Assembly: GCA_031962025.1 (NCBI GenBank)
Contig: JAVRKW010000007.1
Length of the DNA: 64,000 nt
Source of the DNA: Pseudothermotoga sp.
Lineage (GTDB): Bacteria > Thermotogota > Thermotogae > Thermotogales > DSM-5069
Reading direction: 5' to 3' (one strand)
A program made the translations under genes and the position numbers. Below are positions 26,784-35,947 of the stretch, in pieces (positions within the stretch are counted from its first letter, which is position 1; the number at the start of each line of letters is the position of its first letter). The notes below the pieces were generated by a model. That model did not search any database, was not told where the DNA came from, and saw nothing but the letters and a program-made list of their open reading frames with translations.

Positions 26784-28701
26784 AAAATACGTGTTTATAC
26801 TTTTGGTGTTTCTGATGGTCCAAGTTTTTGCACTCGATATGCAAAATTCGCTGAACATTTACACACAACTGGTGAACCAATACATTCAAGGGGACTTTTC
26901 TCACCCATTTCTATCTCTTGTAGAGAAAGAATTGAATAATCTCTCTTTATACAGATATTACAGACTTTTAGTAGCTGGATCTGCTGACAAACGTGAAGCA
27001 ATGCCTGATGTTGGAGATTATCTGGGATCGATTTATGATGTTGCCCAAGCCAGTAGTGAAGATGAACAGTTGGCATACAGCTTATTTCTTTCTTATCTTG
27101 TAGCACGCATGAATAGAACCAAACTGACCACAGACATTGTGATGAAAAACAACGGTTTTGTGAAATTTTTCAGTTCATACAGGGATCTTTTGAGCAAAGA
27201 AGCACGCACATTCTTTGCATGGATTATAAGTTACCAGATAGGGCTCTGTGAACAAAAACCACCTGTTGACGTAGAGCAATTAGAACATCTACAGGTAGAT
27301 TATGTTTTTCAACCACCAGAAAATCTGGCACATTTAAAAGATTTGAGCCTGTTTTATTCTGACCCATCTGTTCAGCAAACACTTAAAGATGCTGTAAAAA
27401 GAGTTGTTGAAAACGTGACAAAAGATCCAAGCCGTGCATCGGCTCATATAAACAGAGAGGCGGCATTTTTAGCCAGAGATATTTCAAAACCTGTTACAAC
27501 CTTTCAGTCTCAGATAGCTCAAAAAGTAATAGCCATTACGCCAAAGAACAGCAATATCTGGTGGATTAGGTTTGTTGTCTATGCTTTTGCAATAGCTATT
27601 GCGTTGAAGTATCGAAAGTTGATGATGGTAACTCTTTCTGCTGTGATGAGTTTTGAAGTTTTCTATCTAATTTATCTTTTTGATTTTCTTTCACCATCTG
27701 AATCGTTGTTCTACGGTCTTTTCGCGGTTATTGGTTTTTTGTTTGCAGTCTTTCTATTAATCAGAAAGAATTTGAAGAAAAAGGGATTTTTGGAATTAAT
27801 CTTTTTGTGTGCGATTGTGGCTGTCTTTTTGATGCCATTTGTTTATAATTGCGATTCCCTTTCAATGGACAATTTTGGTCAATTGAAAGAATCTATCTAC
27901 TACAGCGCGCTTAAAAGAGAACTTTTCCAGGACGAACTTTCAAAAATCTCTTATTTTGCCCGTTCGATGTCCTCGACACTCTATGTGAGTATGGATGAGA
28001 CAAAAAAGGTATTGACAGAGTTTGTAGACGTGCTCAATAGTGCACAGAAACTGAAAGCCTTTGAACAGATTAGTATTCTACCATCGTATATCGATTTTTC
28101 CTATTCACTTGACTTTTTCAACAGCGACAATTTCGATCAGAGAATCAAGTTGTTCTCAGGACCATCAAAGGATCTTCAGTCTTACCTTCTTGATGAAAAA
28201 AGTAGAAAGTCGAATTTCGAATCGACCTACAAAAAGTTCTACGGTTATGTAGATAAGGTCATGACGTTCTCGGCAAAATACCTTAGAGATGATTTTTCAG
28301 CTTATCTAAGAGACCTGTTCACAGTCAAATATCCCATTCTGTCAAGTTTATTGAAAAGAATTCCATTTGATGCATACAGCAATATACAGAGCACAAAACC
28401 TGATATACCTGTAAACAGAGAAAAAACTTCGGCTTCGATAGCTCTGGGTATCATGGTTGTGTTCATGTGCATGATGATTTTCAACAGCAAAACATCGCTG
28501 GTACCATCTGTGATTCTGGCAGGTTCTGCAATCTTCAAATGGCTATCCATGAAAGATCTTATGGTCTTTGTCGAGCAGGGTATACCAGTTTTGAAAGTCA
28601 GTGTATCAGGGTGGATTAATCCTGGTATATTTATTATTGCGGTAGTACCTGTTTTCATCAATCTGTATAAACTTCTCAGAAAGGGGGAAAAAGTTTTATG
28701 A
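26779..28701 (+). CDS. Hypothetical membrane protein (signal peptide, two TM clusters)
   Basis: 640-aa ORF overlapping the bmp start. Confidence 0.75.
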   Translation: MKKYVFILLVFLMVQVFALDMQNSLNIYTQLVNQYIQGDFSHPFLSLVEKELNNLSLYRYYRLLVAGSADKREAMPDVGDYLGSIYDVAQASSEDEQLAYSLFLSYLVARMNRTKLTTDIVMKNNGFVKFFSSYRDLLSKEARTFFAWIISYQIGLCEQKPPVDVEQLEHLQVDYVFQPPENLAHLKDLSLFYSDPSVQQTLKDAVKRVVENVTKDPSRASAHINREAAFLARDISKPVTTFQSQIAQKVIAITPKNSNIWWIRFVVYAFAIAIALKYRKLMMVTLSAVMSFEVFYLIYLFDFLSPSESLFYGLFAVIGFLFAVFLLIRKNLKKKGFLELIFLCAIVAVFLMPFVYNCDSLSMDNFGQLKESIYYSALKRELFQDELSKISYFARSMSSTLYVSMDETKKVLTEFVDVLNSAQKLKAFEQISILPSYIDFSYSLDFFNSDNFDQRIKLFSGPSKDLQSYLLDEKSRKSNFESTYKKFYGYVDKVMTFSAKYLRDDFSAYLRDLFTVKYPILSSLLKRIPFDAYSNIQSTKPDIPVNREKTSASIALGIMVVFMCMMIFNSKTSLVPSVILAGSAIFKWLSMKDLMVFVEQGIPVLKVSVSGWINPGIFIIAVVPVFINLYKLLRKGEKVL

Positions 28702-29780
28702 GAAAGGTGTTAGTAGCTATTTTGCTGGTGGCGGCTGTAGTTTTCGCACTGGGTTTCAAGGTGATCATGGTCACTGACATTGGTGGTTTGGGCGACAAAT
28801 CCTTCAACGATGGAACCTGGGAAGGTGCACTGATTGCCGCAAAGGAAATTGGCGCAGAAGCACAGGTCATACAGTCTTATGAGCAGGCTGATTACATTCC
28901 AAACCTCACAAAAGCTGCTCAGCAGGCTGATGTAGTTTTTGCAGTTGGTTTTATGATGACCGATGCCCTTTTCAAAGTCGCCAAACAATTTCCCAACACG
29001 TATTTTGTCGGAATAGATATCACACCACCTGAAGGGCAATCACTGCCAAATGTTGTCTGCTATATCTTTAAAGAAGAGCAGGCAGGATTCTATGCCGGTT
29101 ACATCGGTGCTGCAATGACTGCGACAGGTAAGATAGGTTTTGTCGGTGGTATTCCCATTCCACCAGTTGAGAGGTTCCGCTATGGTTTTGAAACTGGTGC
29201 AAAGATCTACTCCACTTTGCACAAGAAAAAAGTCGAGGTTCTGAGAGGATACACCAACGACTTTGAAGATCCAAAGAAAGGTAAAGACCTCACGCTGGCT
29301 CAGTATGCACAGGGTGCGGACATAGTCTTTTTGGCGGCAGGTGCCTGCGGTAACGGTGGAATAGAGGCTGCAAAAGAGAAAATGGTTGCTCTTGTTGGCT
29401 CCGACAAGCTCGTAGATATAATCGACTATTACATGAAAAACAAGAAAGGCTACTTCGCAATCGGTGTTGATGTCGATCAGGATTATATGGCTCCCGGTGT
29501 TGTGCTGTGCAGTGCAACCAAAGGCATCTCTTCAGCAGCGTATTACGGTGTAAAAGCCGCCTGGGAAGGGACTTTCGAAGGTGGATTGAAAGTACTGGGT
29601 GTAAAAGAAAATGGTGCGGGTGTAAGCCCGATGAAGTACACCAAAGGCATGATACCAAACTCAGTTATAGCAGAGCTTGAATACCTTACAAAATTGATAA
29701 AAGATGGAAAACTCACTATACCAGATACCGAAGACGGTTTGAAGGCTTTCCAGGTTCCTTCAATAACTTTTCCATTCTAA
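28698..29780 (+). CDS. BMP/PnrA family nucleoside ABC substrate-binding protein
   Basis: DIGGLGDKSFND, GADIVF.AAG, IGVDVDQ. Confidence 0.92.
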   Translation: MRKVLVAILLVAAVVFALGFKVIMVTDIGGLGDKSFNDGTWEGALIAAKEIGAEAQVIQSYEQADYIPNLTKAAQQADVVFAVGFMMTDALFKVAKQFPNTYFVGIDITPPEGQSLPNVVCYIFKEEQAGFYAGYIGAAMTATGKIGFVGGIPIPPVERFRYGFETGAKIYSTLHKKKVEVLRGYTNDFEDPKKGKDLTLAQYAQGADIVFLAAGACGNGGIEAAKEKMVALVGSDKLVDIIDYYMKNKKGYFAIGVDVDQDYMAPGVVLCSATKGISSAAYYGVKAAWEGTFEGGLKVLGVKENGAGVSPMKYTKGMIPNSVIAELEYLTKLIKDGKLTIPDTEDGLKAFQVPSITFPF

Positions 29781-29785
29781 AACTC

Positions 29786-29806
29786 AGGGGGCTTCATGCC
29801 CCCTTT
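29786..29806 (+). terminator. Hairpin after the SBP gene (partial terminator/mRNA stabiliser)
   Basis: AGGGGGC-TTCAT-GCCCCCT-TT. Confidence 0.6.
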
Positions 29807-29824
29807 GAATTTGGAGGATTCGCT

Positions 29825-31351
29825 GTGGAAAAAGCCGTTGAAATGATTCAGATAGTTAAGCAATTTCCAGGGGTACTTGCCAATGATCATGTGGATATAA
29901 CTATTTTCAAAGGAGAGATACATTCAATAGTCGGTGAAAATGGTGCCGGTAAAACCACGCTGATGAATCAACTATATGGCTTATTGAAGCAAGACTCGGG
30001 TGAAATAAGGATATTCGGGCAGAAGGTCAATTTCAAAGGACCCCGAGATGCTATAGCAAAGGGAATAGGCATGGTGCATCAACATTTCATGCTGGTTAAC
30101 AACCTCACCGTAGCCGAGAATGTCGTCCTTGGTTCTGAAACAACCAGAGGAATCATCTTTGACCTGAAAAAAGCACAGAGAGAAGTTGAACAGCTATCGA
30201 AATCTTATGGGCTGCAGGTTGATCCAACGGCGAAGATAGAAGGACTACCCGTAGGTATGCAGCAGCGTGTTGAAATTATTAAAACACTCTACAGAGGCGC
30301 CGAAATTCTCATATTAGATGAACCAACAGCCGTTCTCACTCCACAGGAAACCCAGGAGTTGTTTTCAATCCTTAAAAAACTCAAAGAAAATGGAAAGACC
30401 ATAATATTCATTTCACATAAATTGAATGAAGTCATGGAAATAAGCGACAGGATCACAGTTATGAGACAGGGTAAAGTAACAGGCGTTCTGAACAAAAACG
30501 AGACAAATGTGAGAGAGATAGCCAGACTCATGGTGGGAAGAGACATAGTGTTCAGCGTTCAAAAATCACCAGCAAATCCATCTGATGTTGTACTCAAAGT
30601 CGAGAATCTGTGGGTGAAAGACTACAGAAAACTGGATGCTGTAAGGGGAGTGAGTTTTCAGGTCAGAAAAGGCGAGATATATGGAATAGCTGGTGTGGCT
30701 GGGAACGGTCAATCTGAACTGATAGAGGCTTTAACCGGTCTGAGAAAGCCTGAAAAGGGCAGGATATTCTTGATGGGTGAGGATGTGACCGGTAAAACGG
30801 TGAGAGAACTGCGCGAAAGGGGTATGACCCATATCCCTGAAGATAGACATAAGTACGGTTTGATCCTACAGTATCCGGCCTATTACAATATGATCCTTGG
30901 CAGGCACTACGTACCACCATTTGCGAAAGGGGATTTTCTTGATCACAAAAAAATTCAAGAGTTTACCGCAAAGGTTTTCTCACAGTTCGACGTGAGACCG
31001 AACAATATCAAGATGCTGGGAATGAATTTTTCCGGTGGAAATCAACAAAAGCTGGTCGTTGCTCGAGAAATAAGTGCGCAACCAAAGCTGATAGTCGTCT
31101 CTCAGCCAACGCGTGGCCTTGACATTGGTGCAACGGAATTCATACACAGAGCCCTGATAGGGCTGCGGGATAGTGGAGTGGCTGTGCTTCTCGTGTCCAT
31201 GGAACTGGACGAGATCATCTCTCTGAGTGATAGAATAGCCGTTATGTACAACGGGCAAATCATGGGAGAAGTTGATCCACAGCAGGTAACTATCGAGGAA
31301 ATAGGTTTGATGATGGCTGGTCACAAACTCGAAGAACTCAGGAGGGTGTAG
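29825..31351 (+). CDS. Nucleoside ABC ATPase (double NBD, NupA-like)
   Basis: GENGAGKT, MVHQHFML, SGGNQQK, QPTRGLD. Confidence 0.92.
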   Translation: MEKAVEMIQIVKQFPGVLANDHVDITIFKGEIHSIVGENGAGKTTLMNQLYGLLKQDSGEIRIFGQKVNFKGPRDAIAKGIGMVHQHFMLVNNLTVAENVVLGSETTRGIIFDLKKAQREVEQLSKSYGLQVDPTAKIEGLPVGMQQRVEIIKTLYRGAEILILDEPTAVLTPQETQELFSILKKLKENGKTIIFISHKLNEVMEISDRITVMRQGKVTGVLNKNETNVREIARLMVGRDIVFSVQKSPANPSDVVLKVENLWVKDYRKLDAVRGVSFQVRKGEIYGIAGVAGNGQSELIEALTGLRKPEKGRIFLMGEDVTGKTVRELRERGMTHIPEDRHKYGLILQYPAYYNMILGRHYVPPFAKGDFLDHKKIQEFTAKVFSQFDVRPNNIKMLGMNFSGGNQQKLVVAREISAQPKLIVVSQPTRGLDIGATEFIHRALIGLRDSGVAVLLVSMELDEIISLSDRIAVMYNGQIMGEVDPQQVTIEEIGLMMAGHKLEELRRV

Positions 31352-31354
31352 AGA

Positions 31355-32395
31355 TTGAACAGCAAATTCTGGGCTTTTGCGGTACCGATTTTTTCTGTGA
31401 TAATAGCGCTTTTGATATCTTCTGTTGTCATCCTTCTAATTGGTCAGAACCCGATAGTCGCCTATACTGCACTGTTTAAAGGTGCATTTGGATCGAAACT
31501 GGCAATAGCTTCAGTGATCATCAAAACCACACCTTTGATTCTGACTGGGCTTGCCGTCGGTTTTGGATTCAGAGCAGGACTTTTCAACATAGGTGCAGAA
31601 GGTCAAATGGTTATGGGCGCGATGATTGCAACAGCCTTTGCAATAAACATAGCCTGGATGCCTTCAGTTTTTGCAATACCTCTCACAATGGTAGTTGGGA
31701 TGGCTGCTGGAGCTGGTTATGCTGCTATAGCTGGTTTTTTAAAGGCGAAGACGGGTGCACATGAAGTTGTTACGACAATCATGCTGAACTGGATAGCGGA
31801 GTACTTGTCGAGTTATGTTGTAACTGTGCCTATGGGGGTTGGCTTTGGAACTCCAAAAAGCCCTGAAATAGCCAATTCAGCGAAACTTCCACCGCTGATG
31901 ACTGTACAGGCAACGGAATTAACTTCAGGGATCGTCGTTGCAGTTATTGCGGCGATAGCGATTTACATATTGCTTGAAAAAACGACAAAAGGTTATGAAC
32001 TCAAAGGGACGGGGTTCAACCCGTACGCGGCTGAGTACGGTGGAATCAAAATTTCACAGAACATCGTACTCGCAATGGCAATAAGTGGCGCACTTGCCGG
32101 TCTTGCGGGTACCTTGGAAGTCATGGGAGTTCATCACAGATTTCTCGGTACGCTATCGGGTGGTAAGGGATTCGATGGAATCTCAATTGCGCTGATAGGG
32201 CAAAACAATCCCATAGGGATAATCTTTGCAGCACTGTTGATGGGTTCGTTGAGAACAGGATCGAACGAGATGCAATTTGTGGGAGTACCAAAGCACATCA
32301 TTTTGATCGTTCAGGCGATCATTATTTTCTTAGTCGCAGCAGATAGAATTGTGAGAACGATGTTGATAAGAAAAAAGAAGGTGAAAGCCTCATGA
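31355..32395 (+). CDS. Nucleoside ABC permease (NupB-like)
   Basis: FNIGAEGQ, HEVVTTIMLN. Confidence 0.9.
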   Translation: MNSKFWAFAVPIFSVIIALLISSVVILLIGQNPIVAYTALFKGAFGSKLAIASVIIKTTPLILTGLAVGFGFRAGLFNIGAEGQMVMGAMIATAFAINIAWMPSVFAIPLTMVVGMAAGAGYAAIAGFLKAKTGAHEVVTTIMLNWIAEYLSSYVVTVPMGVGFGTPKSPEIANSAKLPPLMTVQATELTSGIVVAVIAAIAIYILLEKTTKGYELKGTGFNPYAAEYGGIKISQNIVLAMAISGALAGLAGTLEVMGVHHRFLGTLSGGKGFDGISIALIGQNNPIGIIFAALLMGSLRTGSNEMQFVGVPKHIILIVQAIIIFLVAADRIVRTMLIRKKKVKAS

Positions 32396-33345
32396 GAGTT
32401 CTTACCGCGATTTGGGAGATTTTTACAAATCCGGCTTTTTACAAACTAACACTGACAGCTGCAACACCATTTATTTTCGCTTCGCTTGGCGGTGTTTTTA
32501 GTGAAATAACTGGTGTCGTGAATATAGCCCTTGAGGGAATCATGTTGATGGGGGCTTTTGTGTCTATTGTCTTCACCTCAATTACAGGAAATCCATGGAT
32601 TGGCGTTCTGTTTGCCATGATTGTCGGACTTGGCATGGCTTGGCTGCATGCCTGGGCGAGTATAAAATGGAGAGGAAATCAGATTGTCTCTGGTACAGCG
32701 TTGATACTCCTTGCTCAGGGTGTAACAGGCTTTCTAATGGAACCCATCTTTGGCAGACCGGGGCAAACTGATATCGTGGGAAAGATTCCCGAGCTGCGCA
32801 TACCTTTTTTGATGAAAAACGATTTTCTTGCACAGTCCATAGGTGAGTTAAGCCCGATGATATACCTTGCTTTTGGATGCGTTGCGATAGCATGGTTCAT
32901 CATATACAAGACAAAACTGGGCTTGAGAATGAGGGCGGTCGGTGAGAATCCAGAAGCGGCTGATACGCTCGGCGTAAATGTCTACATGATAAGGTATTTT
33001 GGAGTTTTGATGAGCGGTATCATGGCATCTCTGGGTGGAGCTTTTTTGAGTGTTGGAGAGGTCGGTAATTTCAGAGAATTGATGACGGGTGGACGTGGAT
33101 TCATAGCTCTGGCAGCTATGATCCTGGGAAACTGGAATCCCATAGGAGCAATGTGGGCAAGTTTGCTGTTTGGCTTTTCCGAGGCATTTGCCAATCAGTT
33201 GCAGAGCAGTCCAGTATTGCACGTGGCTTCTTCAAGTAAGCCTTTGTTCAACATGTTCCCGTTTATCGTAACACTGATCGTCATAGCCGGATTCATAGGT
33301 AAAACCAGACCACCTGCAGCAGATGGTGTACCTTACGAGAAATGA
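32392..33345 (+). CDS. Nucleoside ABC permease (NupC-like)
   Basis: GVVNIALEG, RAVGENP.AA, GRGFIALAA. Confidence 0.9.
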   Translation: MRVLTAIWEIFTNPAFYKLTLTAATPFIFASLGGVFSEITGVVNIALEGIMLMGAFVSIVFTSITGNPWIGVLFAMIVGLGMAWLHAWASIKWRGNQIVSGTALILLAQGVTGFLMEPIFGRPGQTDIVGKIPELRIPFLMKNDFLAQSIGELSPMIYLAFGCVAIAWFIIYKTKLGLRMRAVGENPEAADTLGVNVYMIRYFGVLMSGIMASLGGAFLSVGEVGNFRELMTGGRGFIALAAMILGNWNPIGAMWASLLFGFSEAFANQLQSSPVLHVASSSKPLFNMFPFIVTLIVIAGFIGKTRPPAADGVPYEK

Positions 33346-33354
33346 GGTGATAGA

Positions 33355-33906
33355 GTGAAAAAAACCTTCATCTTGTTGGCTATACTTTTCACCTGTTCAG
33401 TTTTTGCAACTGACTGGGTAATTGGTGGTGGTGTAGTTTTCTGGAACATAACAGGATGGAATCTGTCTGGTGGGTTGATCGACAACTCTTATTCGATCGA
33501 TGCTGGATTCGATTTTGATCTTGCCAGAACCATAGAGGGCACAACCACAAACCTGTACAATCTTGAGGTGTTGGGGAAAATACCGTTGTACAAAATTTCA
33601 AACATGGCTTTTGGACCTTCTGTTGCTATGATGTATGGCAATTTTCCATCTGATTCTTCAACTGATACCACTTGGAAGTTCTCTTTTTCTGCAGGAGTAT
33701 TTGGTGAGTTTGAACATGAAAATCTGCTTTTGTGCTTTGGTTTTTTGTACCCATTTGGCAGTAATTTTGATTTTACAAAGGCGGTTTATGCCTCTGCAAA
33801 GTTTTTTGTAACTCCGCCAAGAAATTTCATCGACAAACTCTTTTTGAGCCTGGATCTTTTAAATGGCAGAGTGAGATTTATGGTTGGGCTTGTTGAACCT
33901 TTTTAA
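33355..33906 (+). CDS. Hypothetical secreted protein, possible small outer-membrane beta-barrel
   Basis: Signal peptide, alternating aromatic/Gly strands, C-terminal Phe. Confidence 0.6.
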   Translation: MKKTFILLAILFTCSVFATDWVIGGGVVFWNITGWNLSGGLIDNSYSIDAGFDFDLARTIEGTTTNLYNLEVLGKIPLYKISNMAFGPSVAMMYGNFPSDSSTDTTWKFSFSAGVFGEFEHENLLLCFGFLYPFGSNFDFTKAVYASAKFFVTPPRNFIDKLFLSLDLLNGRVRFMVGLVEPF

Positions 33907-35947
33907 TACCCTCGAATCGTATTCTGTCATTTTGACTGACTTTTTGAGCAAAGCTGACCGGCATGTCGTTTAGAAAGATTTTATAGTCTGTAATGCCGTC
34001 TGTTTTCAGATCGACCTTTGCAAGAACATCTGCGACGATAGGCTGCCATAGTGAACACTCTATTTCCATTCCTTCTGTCAACTCTGAGTCTACAGAAGCA
34101 TATTCACCATTCACAAGAACTACACTGTTCACAGGAGATAGAACGACTTCTTCGTCGTTGAAGAAGACTCTTATCGGTTCGTACTCTGGTAAGACGTCTT
34201 TTATCTTTATTCTGCGCGTTTTAAAGGTGAATTTTTGTTCTTTTTCACCATCTTCAATGCTTTTGAGTTCAAAAAAGACCTTTTGAATCGTTTTGCTTTC
34301 GCCGTTTATAGAATAGTTCACAAAACCGGTCTTTTCACTGATCATCTTTCTGATCTGCTCAGCATCTGGATATTGAACAGATATCCTGTCACCATCTTTG
34401 ATTGGATGGTCTAAATTTTCTATCAGTTCACCGTTGATCGAAATTCTGGGCCAGAACCTTGCAAATTCTTGCTGGTCGACTTCAACGATTATTTGTTTTA
34501 CAAAATCTCGAACCTTTGGTTCAACGGGTTTCTCATCCTCATTGCGCTTTACAACTATTTCATCGCCATTTCTAACAACATGGTGCAGTGGAACCTCTAC
34601 TCCGTTCAAAAAAGCCTTCATACCACCCAAGATCTTTGCTGGTATCATTCGGGTCTCACCGTTGACTTCAAAGACGATTGCGTTTTGTGGTACGCCAAAG
34701 ATTTCTGTGAATTTGAAGCCTTTTTGGATTAAAAGCTGCAAGATACTCTGGTTTTGGCCAATTTTAATCAACCTCATTCTTTCACCATTTAAGGTCACTG
34801 TGTCGTATATACTGCCAGAGCTGCGCGTGCTTATGTAGGCTATGCCGGCAAGTGTGACATATTCGCTACCTTTGAAGTCTTCTCTCAAACTTTTGATCCT
34901 CGCTAATTCCTCAACTGTTCTCAGTGCAACTCTTTCTATTGGTAAATCGAGTGCGCGTGCCAGCTCATCCTGAAGGTATTTCAACTTTGCACCTCCACCG
35001 ACTAGAAACACGGCACTCGGTCTGGTGAGATTGAGTTGCTTGATTTTCTCGGCTATACTTTTTGCGATCATCTCTACGGTGGGTGAGATCGCTTTCAAAA
35101 CAGAAGATCTGTCGACAACTATTTTATTACCTGTTACATCGACTGTTTCAAAAGACATCTGATCGTTGATGGCTCTTTTCACTTTTTCAGCCGAGAGAAA
35201 ATCGAGCAAATAGGTTTGAGCGACAACTTCGGTGATCTCATCACCAGCCATGGGAACCATGTCATACCCAACTATTGTTCCACCCTTTGCCACTGCGATA
35301 TCACTTGTTCCAGCACCGATATCAACCAGCGCAATATTGAGTATCCTCAGATCATCCGGCACAGCTATTTCCAAAGCCGCCATGGGCTCGAGCGTCAAAA
35401 AAGAAGGTCTCAAACCAGCTCTGTGCAATGCAGCGATCATGGCATCAACGACCTGTACGGGTAAAAGCGCGGCAACAATACGAACATAGAGCTTTTTTCC
35501 TCTGTGACCGACCAAGCTTTTTATCCATAAACCATCAAGCCGGTATTCTATAACTGAATATCCAACACAATGCAGCTCAGAGCCGCTCTCATCACTCGAT
35601 GGAATCTGAGATACAGCCTTCATTTCAAGTTCTTTAATTGTATCTTCATCGATCAGATCTTTTGAGAAATCCATCTCTGCTTCGAGAACCACCGTTTTGA
35701 GAAATCTACCAGCTACTGCAACTGCAACTTCATTCAGTTTCACTTCGTTTCTCTCTTCAAGTCTTTTTTTAACTGTCTCGATGACTTTTGCAACACCCTT
35801 TATGTCATGTATCTGACCATCGAGCATGTTTCGCGCAGGATGCTCAACTGTCTCAAAATCCAGAACATTGAGAACATCATCTTCAATATAACCGATCAAG
35901 CCGGCTACCTTTCTTGTTCCAACATCAAGCGCAAAAATCAAACTCAC
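33878..35947 (-). CDS. FtsA-related actin-like ATPase with a long C-terminal repeat region
   Basis: ALDVGTR, DIGAGTSD, GGGAK; tail with repeated (L/I/V)NGE motifs. Confidence 0.8.
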   Translation of the reverse strand: MSLIFALDVGTRKVAGLIGYIEDDVLNVLDFETVEHPARNMLDGQIHDIKGVAKVIETVKKRLEERNEVKLNEVAVAVAGRFLKTVVLEAEMDFSKDLIDEDTIKELEMKAVSQIPSSDESGSELHCVGYSVIEYRLDGLWIKSLVGHRGKKLYVRIVAALLPVQVVDAMIAALHRAGLRPSFLTLEPMAALEIAVPDDLRILNIALVDIGAGTSDIAVAKGGTIVGYDMVPMAGDEITEVVAQTYLLDFLSAEKVKRAINDQMSFETVDVTGNKIVVDRSSVLKAISPTVEMIAKSIAEKIKQLNLTRPSAVFLVGGGAKLKYLQDELARALDLPIERVALRTVEELARIKSLREDFKGSEYVTLAGIAYISTRSSGSIYDTVTLNGERMRLIKIGQNQSILQLLIQKGFKFTEIFGVPQNAIVFEVNGETRMIPAKILGGMKAFLNGVEVPLHHVVRNGDEIVVKRNEDEKPVEPKVRDFVKQIIVEVDQQEFARFWPRISINGELIENLDHPIKDGDRISVQYPDAEQIRKMISEKTGFVNYSINGESKTIQKVFFELKSIEDGEKEQKFTFKTRRIKIKDVLPEYEPIRVFFNDEEVVLSPVNSVVLVNGEYASVDSELTEGMEIECSLWQPIVADVLAKVDLKTDGITDYKIFLNDMPVSFAQKVSQNDRIRFEGIKKVQQAQP

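Noticed and set aside
26667..26939. Peptide coding (EEERAHF…MELAALKVDE) as the explanation for the duplicated leader
   Set aside because: A 1-nt indel between the copies breaks the shared frame, and the ORF overlaps the 640-aa gene out of frame. A short MELxAL uORF cannot be fully excluded.
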